A stretch of 64,000 bases of DNA. It comes from Neoconidiobolus thromboides FSU 785. Its lineage: Eukaryota; Fungi; Entomophthoromycota. The position numbers and the translations under genes are program-made. Of this stretch, positions 36,250 through 49,141 are shown in pieces. The stretch lies in assembly GCA_025603075.1 (NCBI GenBank), contig MU626353.1, positions 17,302 to 81,301 of the forward strand. Direction: 5' to 3'. The notes below the pieces were generated by a model, which worked only from the letters and a program-made list of their open reading frames with translations, was not told the origin of the DNA and made no database searches. Each line of letters opens with the position of its first letter. Within the stretch, counting starts at the first letter, position 1.

Positions 36250-39200
36250 TTAAATCATAGCCATAGTAGAATATAACTTATTATCGTAAGCCGAATAAGT
36301 TAATGCCAATTTAGTTAACATATAGGGAATAGTAGCCTCTGGAGAATTTGGATTTTTACTTCCCATCTCTAAAATTTGATGATAAGTTTCTAATGATAAT
36401 TTCCACAAAGTTGCTTTTTCCGAATCGGTATAAACGGTAGCCGTCCTCATATAATGAGTTAAAAAAGTCACTTCACCGACAAAAGTACCTGGTAATATAG
36501 ATTCCATTGTATATTCAACTAAAGATTGAGTGGATGGATCCATAGTTGGAATTTTAACTCGAAGTAAACCATTTTCAAGTATATAAATAGCATCCGGTTT
36601 ATCACCAGATTTCCATAATATATCATTAAAATTATATTCCACTTTTTCAAAATATTGAGCTAATTGATGTAAGGAAGGATAGTTTACATCTTCAATTTCT
36701 TGAAATGCTTGTAATAATAAACCTAAAGGTTGGCGTGCATTTTTTATCAATGATGAAGTTTCATGAACTGAAAGTAATAAGTTAATATTCAGATTTTATA
36801 TTATTAATATTAAAATTTTACTTTGTGAATAAACTTTGATTGCTGCTTCTTCAATTTGTCGATTACGTGGTGAAGATGAATAATCAGCTTCAAGTAATGG
36901 ATAAGTACCAGAAGTACCTAAAAGAAAAGAATTATTATTATATAATCTAATCTATTTTAATAGTAAAATTAAATTACCTAAATGAGTTGATAATCTAGAA
37001 GATACTTGATTATTTTGTTTAGCTAATTGATAAAAATTGGATAATAAAGTATTTTCACACCATTCTAATGCTTGATTACATTTTTCAAAATATTTAACAT
37101 AACCTTCATTATTGGATGACCAAATACCTGCTTTTCTTAATGCACTACCAGTATCCGAATCTAATGTTACTCCAGATATTACTAAATAAATACTATTGGA
37201 AGATAATCGATACAAAATTCTAGAGAAAGCATCCGTAGCTGAAAAATCAATACCACCAACTAATGTAAAATCTAATATAATAAATCGAATTGGTGCTGTA
37301 CGATGTCGATGTCCTTTTAATATTTGAGATATGGAATGATCTAATTGATGAATTGTACCAAAAAACATAAAACCTTGTAATGTAATTAATTTCACTTGAT
37401 TACCAACAGTTTCTAAAAAGGTTCTTTGATGATATAATCGACGTACTGTTGATGTAACACATGTACCATCAGAAATAGTTTTAATTGGTGATCGATGAGA
37501 ATAAATTAATACAAAAAACATACAAGCTAATACAATTCCAAAAAATATACCTTCAATAAATCCAACAAATCCCATTGTTAATACTATCAAAACAATAGTA
37601 ATATATTCTAAGGGATGTACTATTGTATATGTATCATATACTGCTTCTTTAATCAATTCAATACCCATATGAAATATTAATGCACCAACTAATGGAGTTG
37701 GTATAAATCCTACTATAGATGGTCCTAATAATAATATAATAAAAGTACATAAAGCTAATAATAACCCAGCTACTCGACTACCACCACCAGATCTTATAAA
37801 TATTACTGAATTTGAATAAATTAAATAATTTTGTACAGAACCAAATAAGCCAGAAGTTAGATTAGATATACCATGTCCAACTAATTCCCTATTAACATCA
37901 ATATCTTGAATTCTAGTACTTACTGCTAAAGCAGGTACATTAATTGGTACGTGTAATATACCAAAAAAAGTTAATGCAAAAATAGCAGGAATGACTTTAG
38001 GTAAAGTTGACCAAGATATTAGATAAATATTAAAATTTAAATAAAAATCATAAAAAGGTTTGATTGGTGTTGGTAATGGGAACAACCAACCAATTTGTCT
38101 TAATGTATTTAAATTGCCATTCAATAAAAATACAAACATATAAAATACAATTGGTATTAAAAAGAAAAAACAGGGCGTAACTAAAGGATGTTTGATTATT
38201 CTTGTAGCTATTTGTAATATTAAGGATAATACTAATGAACTTGTCCATAAGGGTAATAATTCAACTGAAAAATAACTTGCCCATATAGACCAATCAAAAG
38301 TGGGACTCAATTTAGTAGTCAATTCCATAGCGGTAGCTAATAAAAATACACCCACACCACCAATACAACCAATTAATATATGCCTTGGAAAAAATTCCAT
38401 TAAAGAACCTAATTTATACCAACCTAAACCTAAAAATACAATTCCAGTAACAATAGTACTTAACGCATATGCTACCATAACTGTTGGTATAACATATTGT
38501 TTACCAGCTTCTCCTAAATCATTTAATATAATATTACATATAATATGTAAAAAAGGTACAACTTCAATCATAAAACCACCATTACCACCTCCAAATCTAG
38601 AGCCTCCACTAGCATAAATTAATTGAGCAATAACAGTACTTAAATAAATAAAATGTTAATATACATTATATATAATTTATAAAAAATTAAAATTATTTTT
38701 TTATCTTACCTAACTAAAAACATAGATATACCATCTGGACCAAAATCTGAAAACATAGGTAAAGCAGTTGGAAAAATAATAATACCAAAAGAAACAGCAT
38801 CTAATACATTTAACATAGTACCAATTAATACAGCAGGAATAGACATAAATCCTGTTTTAAAACAATCAATAATAAACTCTTTTTCTAAGAAGTTAGTATT
38901 CTTATAAACTTCATTGTAAATCTTAATAAATGCATTATCAGTTTCCATTACAATAGTTTCTCCATCTTGTTTTTTACTTTCTATTGAAGAATAATTATTA
39001 TTATTATTATCATTATTATAATTGCCATTATTTGGAAGTAAATGTGAATTTTCATGAACTGATATAGGTCTTGAATTCACTACCATTTGTTCTATTCCAT
39101 CTTTAATTCCTAACATAGGTGACATTGGTCTTGAATTATTAGTTGAATTTAATGGACTATTTTTACGACTTTCAATAATTTCTTGTTCAAAATCTTCTTC

Positions 39201-39715
39201 ATCTGATTTTTCTAAATCTTCCTCTATTTCATTAATAGTTGGGATATTATTGCCCATATGAGAATGAAATGAACCTCTACCAATACTACCAGCTCGTTTA
39301 TCAGTACTAATCAATTGTGATAAATTGGATTGAAATTGTTCATTATTGAAATCTTTTCCAAGGGAAATACTAGAAGTGTGATGAATTATATCTTCAGTTA
39401 CAGCCATTAAACCTTGATTGGCCAAAGCTAATGTTTGATTACGAATACTATCACCATCTTGGGTGTAGGAAGCATTATCTGTCAATAGAATAATTAGTTA
39501 AAATATTAATTGAATAGAAATTGAAAATAGTTAGATTTACCATCTTCTGAAGGAGTAGGACGATATAAATTCGAATAATAAGAACGAGTAAATGAAGAAG
39601 ATAATCGATTATTTTGTAATGAATCATAACTTTGAGATTCTAAATCCGTGGGTAAATGTTGATTTAAATGATGAGGACTTTTAGATAGTAAAGTTCGTCC
39701 TTTATCTTGACTCAT
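36250..39715 (-). CDS. VSB1: SulP/SLC26-STAS-cNMP-binding membrane protein (Vsb1/YGR125W-like)
   Basis: PAVLIGTMLNVLDAVSFG, FFGILHVPINVPAL, ELVGHGISNL, STAS motif TLQGFMFFGT...LDFTLVGGIDFSA, cNMP domain GTFVGEVTF. Confidence 0.9.
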
Positions 39716-40890
39716 TTTTTTTAAAATATTAATTTAAAAAATAAAAATAAAAAAGTAATAGTGGTTTTTTTAGCTATTTATTCAAGTTGATAGATTTTAT
39801 AGACCAATTAAATAATCGATTCGGGATTTATTTTATTTAAAATGTGGCTTCTAAATTTTGATAAAGAAAATTGAGAATAATGTTTCAATTTCTTGGAATA
39901 AATGGGGACTAGCATTCTATTTATTACAATAAAATAGAAAGCTTTATTAAAATATTAAAAAAATCGTTTATTTTATATAAAAGTTAGCACTTTATAAATG
40001 AACATATTAATTTTTAAACTGTTTTTCCCTTTTTCCCCTTTTTTTAACTCATCTCCATTATTGTTATTTTTCTAGTCCTTTTAGTATAAATCATATAAGA
40101 AAACTTCAATGTATTATGATAATAAAGAATTTAAGCTGGTTGTAAAATCTAAATAAAATAGAATCTAAAATCAGCTGATTAAAAATAAAATCAATGTGGT
40201 ATTTTTTGATAATAATTTCGATTTATCCCTTTAGAATCTAAATTATCCGAAGAATCATAGGAAATTAAGGTTTTAAAACATAACAAAAGGAACAAGTAAA
40301 GAAATACAACAAGATTCAAATATATAAGATCAAGATGTATATACAATTCTAATAAGTCTAATACTTATTCTTTTTGATGACCCATTAATATTATTGATAT
40401 TTGATTTTATTTAATTTCATTGTTTTATAATTTATTGAGAATTCAATCTTAATGAAATCAAAAAGATTATTGAAATTACTATATTTGTATAAAAAAATCT
40501 TGAATTTACGCCACTTTTTTTTTCCAGTTTTTGATGTTTATTTTTACAACTATTGAGAGATAACAATAATGATAATAAAATAATAAATTCAAATTAATTA
40601 TATAAAACATTAAATTCATGATATTTAATTTTTAAAAGCATTTTTATTATAAATAATTAGATTTTATAATCATTGCTTTATTTTTTTCAGCCTAAATAGT
40701 ATAATTTAAGCTATCGGAAGTATTTTATATTTTCGACAAAATAAAACTATTATCTTATTAAATTTGCAGTATAACAATACAAGTGGTAGATAAGTTTTGT
40801 TATTTATTGATATTCAATATAGGTCAAAGTTTTATCTAATGAGTAAGAGTAGGGTTAAAATTGACAATAAAGTTTAATATCAATATTTTA

Positions 40891-40994
40891 CATTGGGGAT
40901 GTTTTTTTGGTTTCATTACTTTTTTCATTTTTAAGCACTATTTGAGCGGAAAGATTGTTAATGAAATCCTTAAACACAAAAAAACATCCCCAAT
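40891..40994 (-). mobile_element. 105-bp MITE (first of a triplet)
   Basis: CATT-GGGGATG...CATCCCC-AATT. Confidence 0.9.
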
Positions 40995-41027
40995 TATTTA
41001 TTTATTAATCAAATTCCAAGTATTTGA

Positions 41028-41128
41028 ATGTGGGGATGTATTTTTTGTTTGGTGATTTCACTAATAATTTTTCATCTTAAATTGCACTTAAAAATGGGAA
41101 AAAAGAAATTAAAAAAACAGCTTCATAT
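41028..41128 (+). mobile_element. 105-bp MITE (second of a triplet)
   Basis: ATGT-GGGGATG...CAGCTTC-ATAT. Confidence 0.8.
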
Positions 41129-41231
41129 GGGAGTGTTTTTTTTGACTTGATTATTTTTTTCATTTTTTAAGTGCTATTTGAGCGGGAAATTTATTAGTAA
41201 AACTCTCAAACACAAAAATACATCCCCATAT
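41125..41231 (-). mobile_element. 105-bp MITE (third of a triplet), sharing ATAT with the previous copy
   Basis: ATAT-GGGAGTG...CATCCCC-ATAT. Confidence 0.9.
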
Positions 41232-41600
41232 CATTTTATTCATTGATATAAAAAAGCTTACTTTTTTGCATTTCCATCTTAAATCGAAATCAACTTTCTG
41301 GAGAATTTAAAAAATTCTGAGTTTTCCAATTAAGAAATTTAAATTGTCAAGTTGACCCATTTTCAATAAAGCTAAATAAAATATCTATTCAAAATCAAAA
41401 TAATGTTTCAAAGAAACATTATTTTATTGAAACTGGATAATATTAATTGTAAATAGTTTCTAATTAGAATTGTTTTTTATTTTTTGTTTTGGAATAGTCA
41501 TACAGACAGTATATATAAGATCGTATATGATTCTAAAAAAGTATTACAAATAAATAGTAAACTCAAGAGCAAATAACTAATCAGTAAATAAAAACTCAAT

Positions 41601-42260
41601 ATGACTTCCAAATCAACTGAATACATTTCTAATTCTCATGATACTCCCTTACTCCATTTTTCAGGAGCTTCTTTAACATCTAATCCAATGTCACCCCAAT
41701 ATCCTTGTGGAGATCAAGAAGCTAAGGCCACTATTATTTATCCAATATTAAAAACTGGATGTGTTATAAGAAGCATGGAGCTTACATATAAAAAAGATGA
41801 GAAAGTGGATAAAGCTTATAAATCAACTTATTATTCTTTGACTACTGAATTAATGAATGAGAAGAATCAATTGTTGATGAAATTGACTAAAGCGGAGTTT
41901 GAATTATGGTATACAAACTATAATATTTACTATTTAAGCGAGGGGAATGAAAGCAATGGGTATAAGGAAATCAGATTAATTAAAACAACAATTCAGATAT
42001 TTCCTTGTTACACATTAAAAATGATTAAAATTGATGGGGAGATCCTAGAATTTGATTTTAAATCATTAAATTTAATGTGTTTTTCATGGGGAGTTTACAA
42101 TAAAAGTACAGGAAGGGAAGTTTTAAGATATGAGAATAATTATTTCAAAGGGGGGAAATTGATTCTTTTCGAGGACTCAGGTATGTTAGATGTATTCTTT
42201 TTAATCATTTCCTTCCTTGCAATTCATTATGAACCATTTCGAAGTAAGATGGAAAACTAA
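41601..42260 (+). CDS. LOR/tubby-C/scramblase-like family member 1 (219 aa)
   Basis: Intronless; beta-rich core and C-terminal hydrophobic helix DVFFLIISFLAIHYE; closest to the 55242 gene. Confidence 0.75.
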   Translation: MTSKSTEYISNSHDTPLLHFSGASLTSNPMSPQYPCGDQEAKATIIYPILKTGCVIRSMELTYKKDEKVDKAYKSTYYSLTTELMNEKNQLLMKLTKAEFELWYTNYNIYYLSEGNESNGYKEIRLIKTTIQIFPCYTLKMIKIDGEILEFDFKSLNLMCFSWGVYNKSTGREVLRYENNYFKGGKLILFEDSGMLDVFFLIISFLAIHYEPFRSKMEN

Positions 42261-42308
42261 ATTAGGTTTTATACAAGTAGTCAACACTACTTATATTTTG
42301 TGGATGTG

Positions 42309-42348
42309 AAATAAACAAATAAACAAATAAACAAATAAACAAATAAAC
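42309..42348. repeat. (AAATAAAC)5 tandem repeat
   Basis: Five perfect 8-mers. Confidence 0.9.
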
Positions 42349-42718
42349 TATAGCTATCTTTTATATGCTTTTTTATGAGTGATGATCTATCTATAAATTG
42401 TTTGTTTAAAATTGTTTTCAACTCATCAGTAATAAGTATTAATATAAGTCAAATAAAATATCTGATTATTAATAGATTATAAAAATAATTTTTTGAACTT
42501 TTTTAAATTACCTTATGCAAACTTTAGAAATTATTTTTGTTGATAATTTTTAATAATATAAACCAAAACTTTATATCCCTAGTTTGCTTTTTATTTGTAA
42601 TAACTATAGAGCTAACTAAAATCAGAAAAAAAATAAACAATTATATAAATCCTGGTATAATATTTTTAATAATAATATGATTAACATGAATTAGAAAATT
42701 ATAAATATATAAAACAAG

Positions 42719-42813
42719 ATATGGGGATGTTTTTTCTGATTTCATTTTTTAAGCGCTATTTGAGTGGAAAGATTGTTAGTAAAATTCTTAAACAAAAAAA
42801 CACATCCCCATTC
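42719..42813 (-). mobile_element. MITE with internal deletion
   Basis: ATAT-GGGGATG...CATCCCC-ATTC. Confidence 0.85.
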
Positions 42814-43056
42814 TACGACCCATTTGTTTAATGTCGTAGTATTTTATAATTTAGGGATATTTTTTATTTTAAACAAAAAGATCAATAGATCCTTTACGCC
42901 ATTATAACTCTATTGGGTCCTAGCTAATAGACTATTAAGAGATGATCCATGTTGAAGCTCTTCTATAATAATGGTATTTATGCTTTGATAAATTAAAATA
43001 ATAGCCTAATTACAAGAAATAGAGCTAAAAAAGTCCCAAAAAAAAGTTGTAACAGC

Positions 43057-43075
43057 TATATATATATATATATAT
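43057..43075. repeat. (TA)n microsatellite
   Basis: 19 bp of alternating TA. Confidence 0.9.
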
Positions 43076-43377
43076 TTAAATTGCCTACCCAAATGAGGAT
43101 ACAGCGCAACGTTTATGTAAACCAAACCTCAATACTTTGTCTATTTTGTTGTATAAAAATAGTTAATATCATAGTATTCATATTTTTAAATACTTGAAAG
43201 CGTAAAGATGACAGAGTGTTCTTAAGATTATGCCTTCAACACTAAAGCTGTTTAAATGCTATTTTATAGTAGATTGATATATATTTCATATATAAGGATA
43301 CTTTTTATCTAGTATTGCTCAAATTTTAAGTATATATTATGTTATATCATAATCAGATCAAATATGGATTGATAAAT

Positions 43378-43481
43378 ATATGTATATGTTTTTTTTGGCT
43401 TCATTACTTTTTCTATTTTTAAGCACTATTTAAATGGAAAAACCATCAGTAAAACTCTTTAAAAAAAGTACATTCCTATAT
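43378..43481 (-). mobile_element. 105-bp MITE, degenerate left end
   Basis: TTTTTTGGCTTCATTACTTTTTCTATTTTTAAGCACTATTTAAATGGAAA...CATTCCT-ATAT. Confidence 0.85.
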
Positions 43482-43839
43482 ATTGTTTGAACTTAATATC
43501 TCATATAGTCCATTTTGCTTTACGTCTAAATTTTAATCAAAGTCATAATTTTTAGTATCCTTATAATAGATATGATAATATACAATAAAGTAATTTATTA
43601 AAGTTGTCAAGTATTAAAAGGTGCAAACTTAGGGATAAGTGTGATGTTAATAAAAGTTAGAAATATTGTATTTTAAAGATTATTTTGTTATGTTGAGTTT
43701 TCTATTTTTTTTATTTTTATAGATATAAATTTAAAAAAAAAACCAAAAGCTGAGTATTAAAATAAAAAGAACTTGTAAATATTTGATTCGATTATTAACA
43801 CTTAATTATTTATCCTGACTAAATCTATATTAGTTTCAC

Positions 43840-44290
43840 TTAAATGCCTCACTGTATTTCTCCTGATGGTTGGGCTCTTCATAGGCTTTTTTTAGAATTA
43901 CCAGTTTTCTGCTTTATCGAAATTTATTAACATCCTTTTATTTCTCTTTTTTACCTTTGTTCTTACGTGTTGCATTTTCTAGTACCCTTACTGCTTTTCC
44001 ACCATTATCTCTGACTTTGAAAACCATTATCCGATTCACTGGCCTCTGGGCTCCATATTGATAGTTTAGCGCTCTACATTCAATCAACCCAATAACATTT
44101 CATTGCTTCCCAATTCCATCCCTTATTCTATTGTTAGAAGCCTTTTCGAGAAAAAGGTAAAAAAGATTTTATTTCACCTCTCCGACTTCTTATAAAAGTA
44201 GGAATTTATCAAACTCAGCTCTTATCTTACTAGGTGGTTTTCTCTCAATAATTTAGTCTCTTAATTTACTAACTTAATTTTCTATTGTTT
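43840..44290 (-). mobile_element. Possible Ty3/gypsy integrase relic
   Basis: VFKVRDNGGKAVRVLEN...ILKKAYEEPNHQ resembles the Hx4H zinc-binding start of the integrase; contains stops. Confidence 0.4.
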
Positions 44291-45227
44291 TTAGTTGATA
44301 AAAGACTTAAAGCTACAGCTCTTTGAAAAAAAAATTATTATTTTATAGTAGCTTACTACATAGCATATTTTTTATAATTTGCTTAAAAAATATATGTTAT
44401 TTTATTAATTCGCAAAAGTTGAAGATGAAAATAATTATACGCACTGCTAAATTTAAATGATTCTACCTTTATTAAAAGTTATTCGATATGACTATAGCAT
44501 ATTTAATGTGTAAATTAAACTTATAAACAATTTACGCTATAAAAAACGCCACTTCTAATAATATTATTTGAGCTATTATAACAAAACACTAGAGGGTTTT
44601 GGCATTGAGTACATTTAACAATTTTAGTCATTTGACGAGAGATTGAGCTTCCAAAAACTTTATTATCTAAATAGCTATAAGGAGAAATATTCGATTGTTT
44701 AGGTATTGTATTTCAAAATGTTACACTACTTTGTAAGGTAATTCAATACGTTTCAAAAAGTTTATTACATCTTTACAAACCAGAGCGGCGAATTTAAATT
44801 ACTTATTTACTATTTAAAGTCAGCTCAACTTGACAAGCTTTTACAACTGTTAAAATTCAAATTCCGACCTTAAAATATCTTTGTCAGTAATTGTCAGATT
44901 GTATTTTTTTAAAGGCTAAATCCCTTGAGCTTTAGTGAGATTTATCTCTAAACTTTTACTTCTAAACGAACAGTTAATCCGCTGAGCATTTGAACTTCAT
45001 CGGTTCTAAGGTTCTAAAAAATATGGTTGAACTAACACTCAAAACATTGAAATAAAGGCTAACTTTTCAGCCAACAAAAAATAGCAATTTGAGTAAAAAA
45101 TTGGTTTTTTGCTCAATTTTGAAATTTCAATAGAAAATCGGTGAATATAAGTTTGACCACAAGCTTTTCTAAATAGAAATCATCTAAAAAATCTCGAAGG
45201 CAAAGGACTATAAATACAAATAAAAAC

Positions 45228-46046
45228 ATGAGTTTAAAAATTACAAATAATATAAACATAAATATGGATAAAAAAGAAAAAGTCGGTTTTAATAATAATA
45301 ATTTAAATGAATTTGACAATAATCTAAATGAGTTCCTGCCTAGTTATAATGAAAGCTTAACCCCAGAGTCAAGTACAAGAGGAATAATAATGAATACAAA
45401 CAATTTTCCAGAACCAAATATAAGAGCCCCAGGGATAGATATGAATAGTTTTATACAGCCAAATTCAGAAGATTCAGGAATGAATATAAATAACTACAGG
45501 TTAATTCAAACTAGATATGATGTTAGCATAGATGGGCTTCGTAAGAAAAAAATCGGCTTCAAGGATAACCAAACTGGACAAGTATACAATTACAAAGTTA
45601 CAGAAAAAAAAGCTAAATATAGAGGAGATAGTAGAAAAACAGTGATTAAACTTAAGCGTAATAAAAAATTTTCAAAGACTGGTAACTGGATGATAGACTG
45701 TAAGAAGAAACATGAGGGAAGATATAAAGATATAACATTATTTAAAGATTCGGTTAATTCAGTTCCAAGGTATACTATGGGTTTTAGAAGATCAGATAAT
45801 CAAATCATGAATCTATATTGGACCACGGAATCTATCATGAATAATAATTGGTGCTTATTTGATGTTAATTTTAATAAGCTTATGGAATATAACATTCAAA
45901 CATTTAAACATAATTCTTTAAGCCAATTCTGTTTTATTGATGAAGTTGACAAACAACTTTTTTTATTGGTTTTAGCTTTTGTTATCGTAAATTATGGATC
46001 TGATAATATGGGAGATTCCTCTAGTGATGATAGTGACAGTTCTTAA
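45228..46046 (+). CDS. LOR-like family member 2 (272 aa)
   Basis: LPSY motif; DNQTGQVYNYKV, NLYWTTESIMNNNWCLFD, IDEVDKQLFLLVLAFVIVNY; closest to the 48479 gene. Confidence 0.8.
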   Translation: MSLKITNNININMDKKEKVGFNNNNLNEFDNNLNEFLPSYNESLTPESSTRGIIMNTNNFPEPNIRAPGIDMNSFIQPNSEDSGMNINNYRLIQTRYDVSIDGLRKKKIGFKDNQTGQVYNYKVTEKKAKYRGDSRKTVIKLKRNKKFSKTGNWMIDCKKKHEGRYKDITLFKDSVNSVPRYTMGFRRSDNQIMNLYWTTESIMNNNWCLFDVNFNKLMEYNIQTFKHNSLSQFCFIDEVDKQLFLLVLAFVIVNYGSDNMGDSSSDDSDSS

Positions 46047-46416
46047 TTTAGTATTTTAACCATTTATATTAATAAATTTCCTTATATACAGTATCAAATA
46101 AACGTTTGAGCGTTCAATATCCCTATTTCATAAATGTATAGTTGAAGCAAGATATGATTAAGATAAATAAAACAATAAAGTAGTTATATTATACTATCAA
46201 TAAACTACAGTTATTTTAATGTATTGTATTTAGTCGTGTTGTCATTTTACATTATAGAACCTTAGATCCAAAAATAAACTTATAATTTAAGTCATAAATA
46301 AAAAGCTTGTTTATTCCAATCAGCTGAACAAACAGGGATACAAACAACAACTTAAAAACTTTAAATCCATGGTTAACTATTTTTGATTTATAATATAAAA
46401 CCAATCTTAAATTTAA

Positions 46417-47049
46417 ATGAGTAGTGCTGTAGAATCTGCTTCAAACTTGCCAATTGATATTAACCATCCTCCGCGTTATAGTATGGTACTTGAAAATGAT
46501 ATTGAAATCCAACAAACAGAGGAAGAGGAATTCGAAAACATAATAGAACCAACTAAATTTCAACTTAGTAGATCGAAGTATATTAGAAGGGAAGTATGTT
46601 GCACCAGTCTAGATGAAAGTCAGGTGTATTATATAAGTGTAGTAAAAGAATCAGCTAAGTTGATAAGTAAAGAAAGGCAAACAATATTAAAATTAAGTGA
46701 GATTAAAAGTGGTTTTCGAGGGACAGCATGGAGAATAATACCTATCTACGAGGATTTAATAGATACCTTAGAAGTACTATTTGGGATGAGTAAGTTTTCT
46801 GAGATCGATTCTCTTGACGTTAAGATTATAAAGAGAGATGGAAACGTGTTCAAATATCAAGTAGCCAAAAAAGCTTTCTCTTACACTAGATATAAATTGA
46901 TTGATATAAGATATCCAGAACAAAAAGTATTGGAGTTTCGAACATCTTTATTTGGTCCTAATTCTATTAAGTTATATACTCCTGTAAGCAAGGAGGATTT
47001 CGAAATACTTCTTTTAGCTATTATTTTTTTTGTTACATATAAAAATTAA
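46417..47049 (+). CDS. LOR-like family member 3 (210 aa)
   Basis: PPRY motif; C-terminal SKEDFEILLLAIIFFVTY. Confidence 0.75.
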   Translation: MSSAVESASNLPIDINHPPRYSMVLENDIEIQQTEEEEFENIIEPTKFQLSRSKYIRREVCCTSLDESQVYYISVVKESAKLISKERQTILKLSEIKSGFRGTAWRIIPIYEDLIDTLEVLFGMSKFSEIDSLDVKIIKRDGNVFKYQVAKKAFSYTRYKLIDIRYPEQKVLEFRTSLFGPNSIKLYTPVSKEDFEILLLAIIFFVTYKN

Positions 47050-47131
47050 CATTGATTTTTATTTGTAATATTTTAGTCTAGTTATTAATAAAGTAAACAT
47101 CAAACAATTTAAATCCCGATTTTCGATAATC

Positions 47132-47230
47132 AAATAGAGATGTGTTTTTAAGAATTTCAGCAACGATTTTTCCACTCAATAACACTTAAGAAACAGAAAA
47201 GTGACGAAACCAAAAAAATATGCCCAATAT
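47132..47230 (+). mobile_element. Degenerate MITE
   Basis: AGAGATGTGTTTTTAAGAATTTCAGCAACGATTTTTCCACTCAATAACACTTAAG...TATGCCC. Confidence 0.8.
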
Positions 47231-47759
47231 TAAAATATACAACTTTAGTATTTGACTATAATTATTAATAAACTCATGGTGACAGAGTTTTTATAGCTTT
47301 ATAAGTTAAAATAAATATAGTTCATTCTATTTTTTAAAAACACCTAATATTGACTACTTCTTTTCTGATTATACTAAAAATTGAATCAATTCTAAAAGTG
47401 TGTATTTAAAAAATACACTGTAATACAATGAGAAGCAGCAGACATTTATACTATTTAAACTAACCTTAGGGAACTAATACTAATTATAATGTCATCAAAT
47501 GAAGAAAATGAATAAACAAATTTGTTTGTTTAACTAATAAATCGTTTGCTATTTTATTATTATTAAAGTATAATTAAAGCTAAGTAAAATAATACTTTCT
47601 TAATAGGCGAATTAATCCAATAGCTCATAAAATTTCTCAAAAGCAATACTTTATTAATATACTTTAAATATATAACTTTTATTTATCACTTAATAGATTC
47701 TGTTAGAGTCTTTCAAATACTTTAATTTCTAAAAAAAAGCAAGCATCAAAATTAAAATA

Positions 47760-48330
47760 CAACCAATCCCTTCTCTTCCTCTAGATCTCGTTAACTGAGT
47801 CAGTCCCAAACTCCCATTAGTATATGGTGCTTTGCCCACTTAGCTCCTGCTTCTTTTTCTACCATTTCACGCTTTAAATCTATTCAAGCTTTTTGTTTTC
47901 GTTGCTCCGCTTTGGGCCTTGCACCTCTCCATATATCTATTTGATGCCCAGTAGCTATTACGCTCTGAACTGCATTTTCTCTTCCCTTGGTTTAAACTTC
48001 AATCTATTTTCGTATAATTATTCTTTTACTCCGTTTTTTCCTCAAATTATGAGGTACCCTCCTTTGATTAGAGCCTTTGTCCTGTGAGCAGGATTACTGG
48101 CCATACACAAAAGTTTCACTGATTCTTAAGTTGGACTCATCACCTTCCTATACCTTTCTCTTCAACCCCATTACTCTGCCCATTCAATTGAAAACCCTAT
48201 AGAAATTGGAATAAAAATGGACCTCATTTTGTCATCCTCAATCTACAAAAGACAAATGGGGTCTAGACTTAATATCTATTCTTCCAAAAAGGCCCATGAA
48301 ACGTGAAGTCCCTAGAGCTAATTGACTTTG
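47760..48330 (-). mobile_element. Possible LTR-retrotransposon integrase core relic
   Basis: GC-richer island; QSNGVEEKG resembles the integrase PQSNGxxER motif; many stops. Confidence 0.3.
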
Positions 48331-48478
48331 GTATTAATATACTTTAATTTAGCTAATAAAATACTTGGGCCATAAGCCTTTCAAGAGAAAAAAAAATCAA
48401 AGTACAGGTTATGATATTTTATTATAACATATAACTTAATAAAAAATAAATATTAGAGTATTTGGATAGACGATAAAA

Positions 48479-49141
48479 TCAAGATCCACCACCACTAGAA
48501 GCAGCACGTCTTCTACGCTCAGCGTCCATAGTAAGAGTGACTAAAAATATAAGATATATAGGTAAATCAACTTCATCAATATACTTAAATTGTTTTAAAG
48601 TATTCTTTTTAAACATATTGATATGGTATTCCAATAATGGTTGATTTTGAGAGTCAAATAAGGTCCAATTGTTTCCAAGTATTGAAGTAGTAGTCCAGTG
48701 GAGATTTGCCATAGTATTATCTTGTTTTTTGAGATTCAATACGTATTTATCTCTAAATTCAAACGTTTTTTTAACCATGGAAACCTCTTGATAACGTTCT
48801 GAGTTTTTTACCAAATAATCGACATTCCATCTAGTAGTTGTAAAAGAGAACCCCTGGCGCTTTAACTTTAAAATTTCTTGACCTGAGAGTAAATCAAGGA
48901 ATTTAGAAGTATTATAAGATACTTTAAAATTATAAGTCTCCCCAGTTTGATTATTTTTAAAATCAAACATCTTCTTAAAGCATCCTCTTTTACTTACTGT
49001 ATATGTAATTAATTCATTGTCAGCCATATTACTACTCCCTTGAAACTGGGAACAAATATCCGTATTATTCTCCAATGTATCATTGTAGCTAGGTGGTGCT
49101 TCAAGTTGGTTATTAAAGGGCTTTTCAGTTTCTAAACTCAT
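48479..49141 (-). CDS. LOR-like family member 4 (220 aa)
   Basis: PPSY motif; YTVSKRGCFKKMFDF; ILKLKRQGFSF; IDEVDLPIYLIFLVTLTMD. Confidence 0.8.
   Translation of the reverse strand: MSLETEKPFNNQLEAPPSYNDTLENNTDICSQFQGSSNMADNELITYTVSKRGCFKKMFDFKNNQTGETYNFKVSYNTSKFLDLLSGQEILKLKRQGFSFTTTRWNVDYLVKNSERYQEVSMVKKTFEFRDKYVLNLKKQDNTMANLHWTTTSILGNNWTLFDSQNQPLLEYHINMFKKNTLKQFKYIDEVDLPIYLIFLVTLTMDAERRRRAASSGGGS

Noticed and set aside
40861-41055. 64-aa ORF in the track
   Set aside because: Mostly MITE sequence read in its stop-poor frame
2959-48087. Short track ORFs at 2959, 3854, 6188, 8767, 13357, 18206, 21309, 22924, 23184, 33787, 38048, 38300, 45113, 47893 (and 59440)
   Set aside because: Antisense or alternate-frame shadows of better-supported genes, or low-complexity chance ORFs
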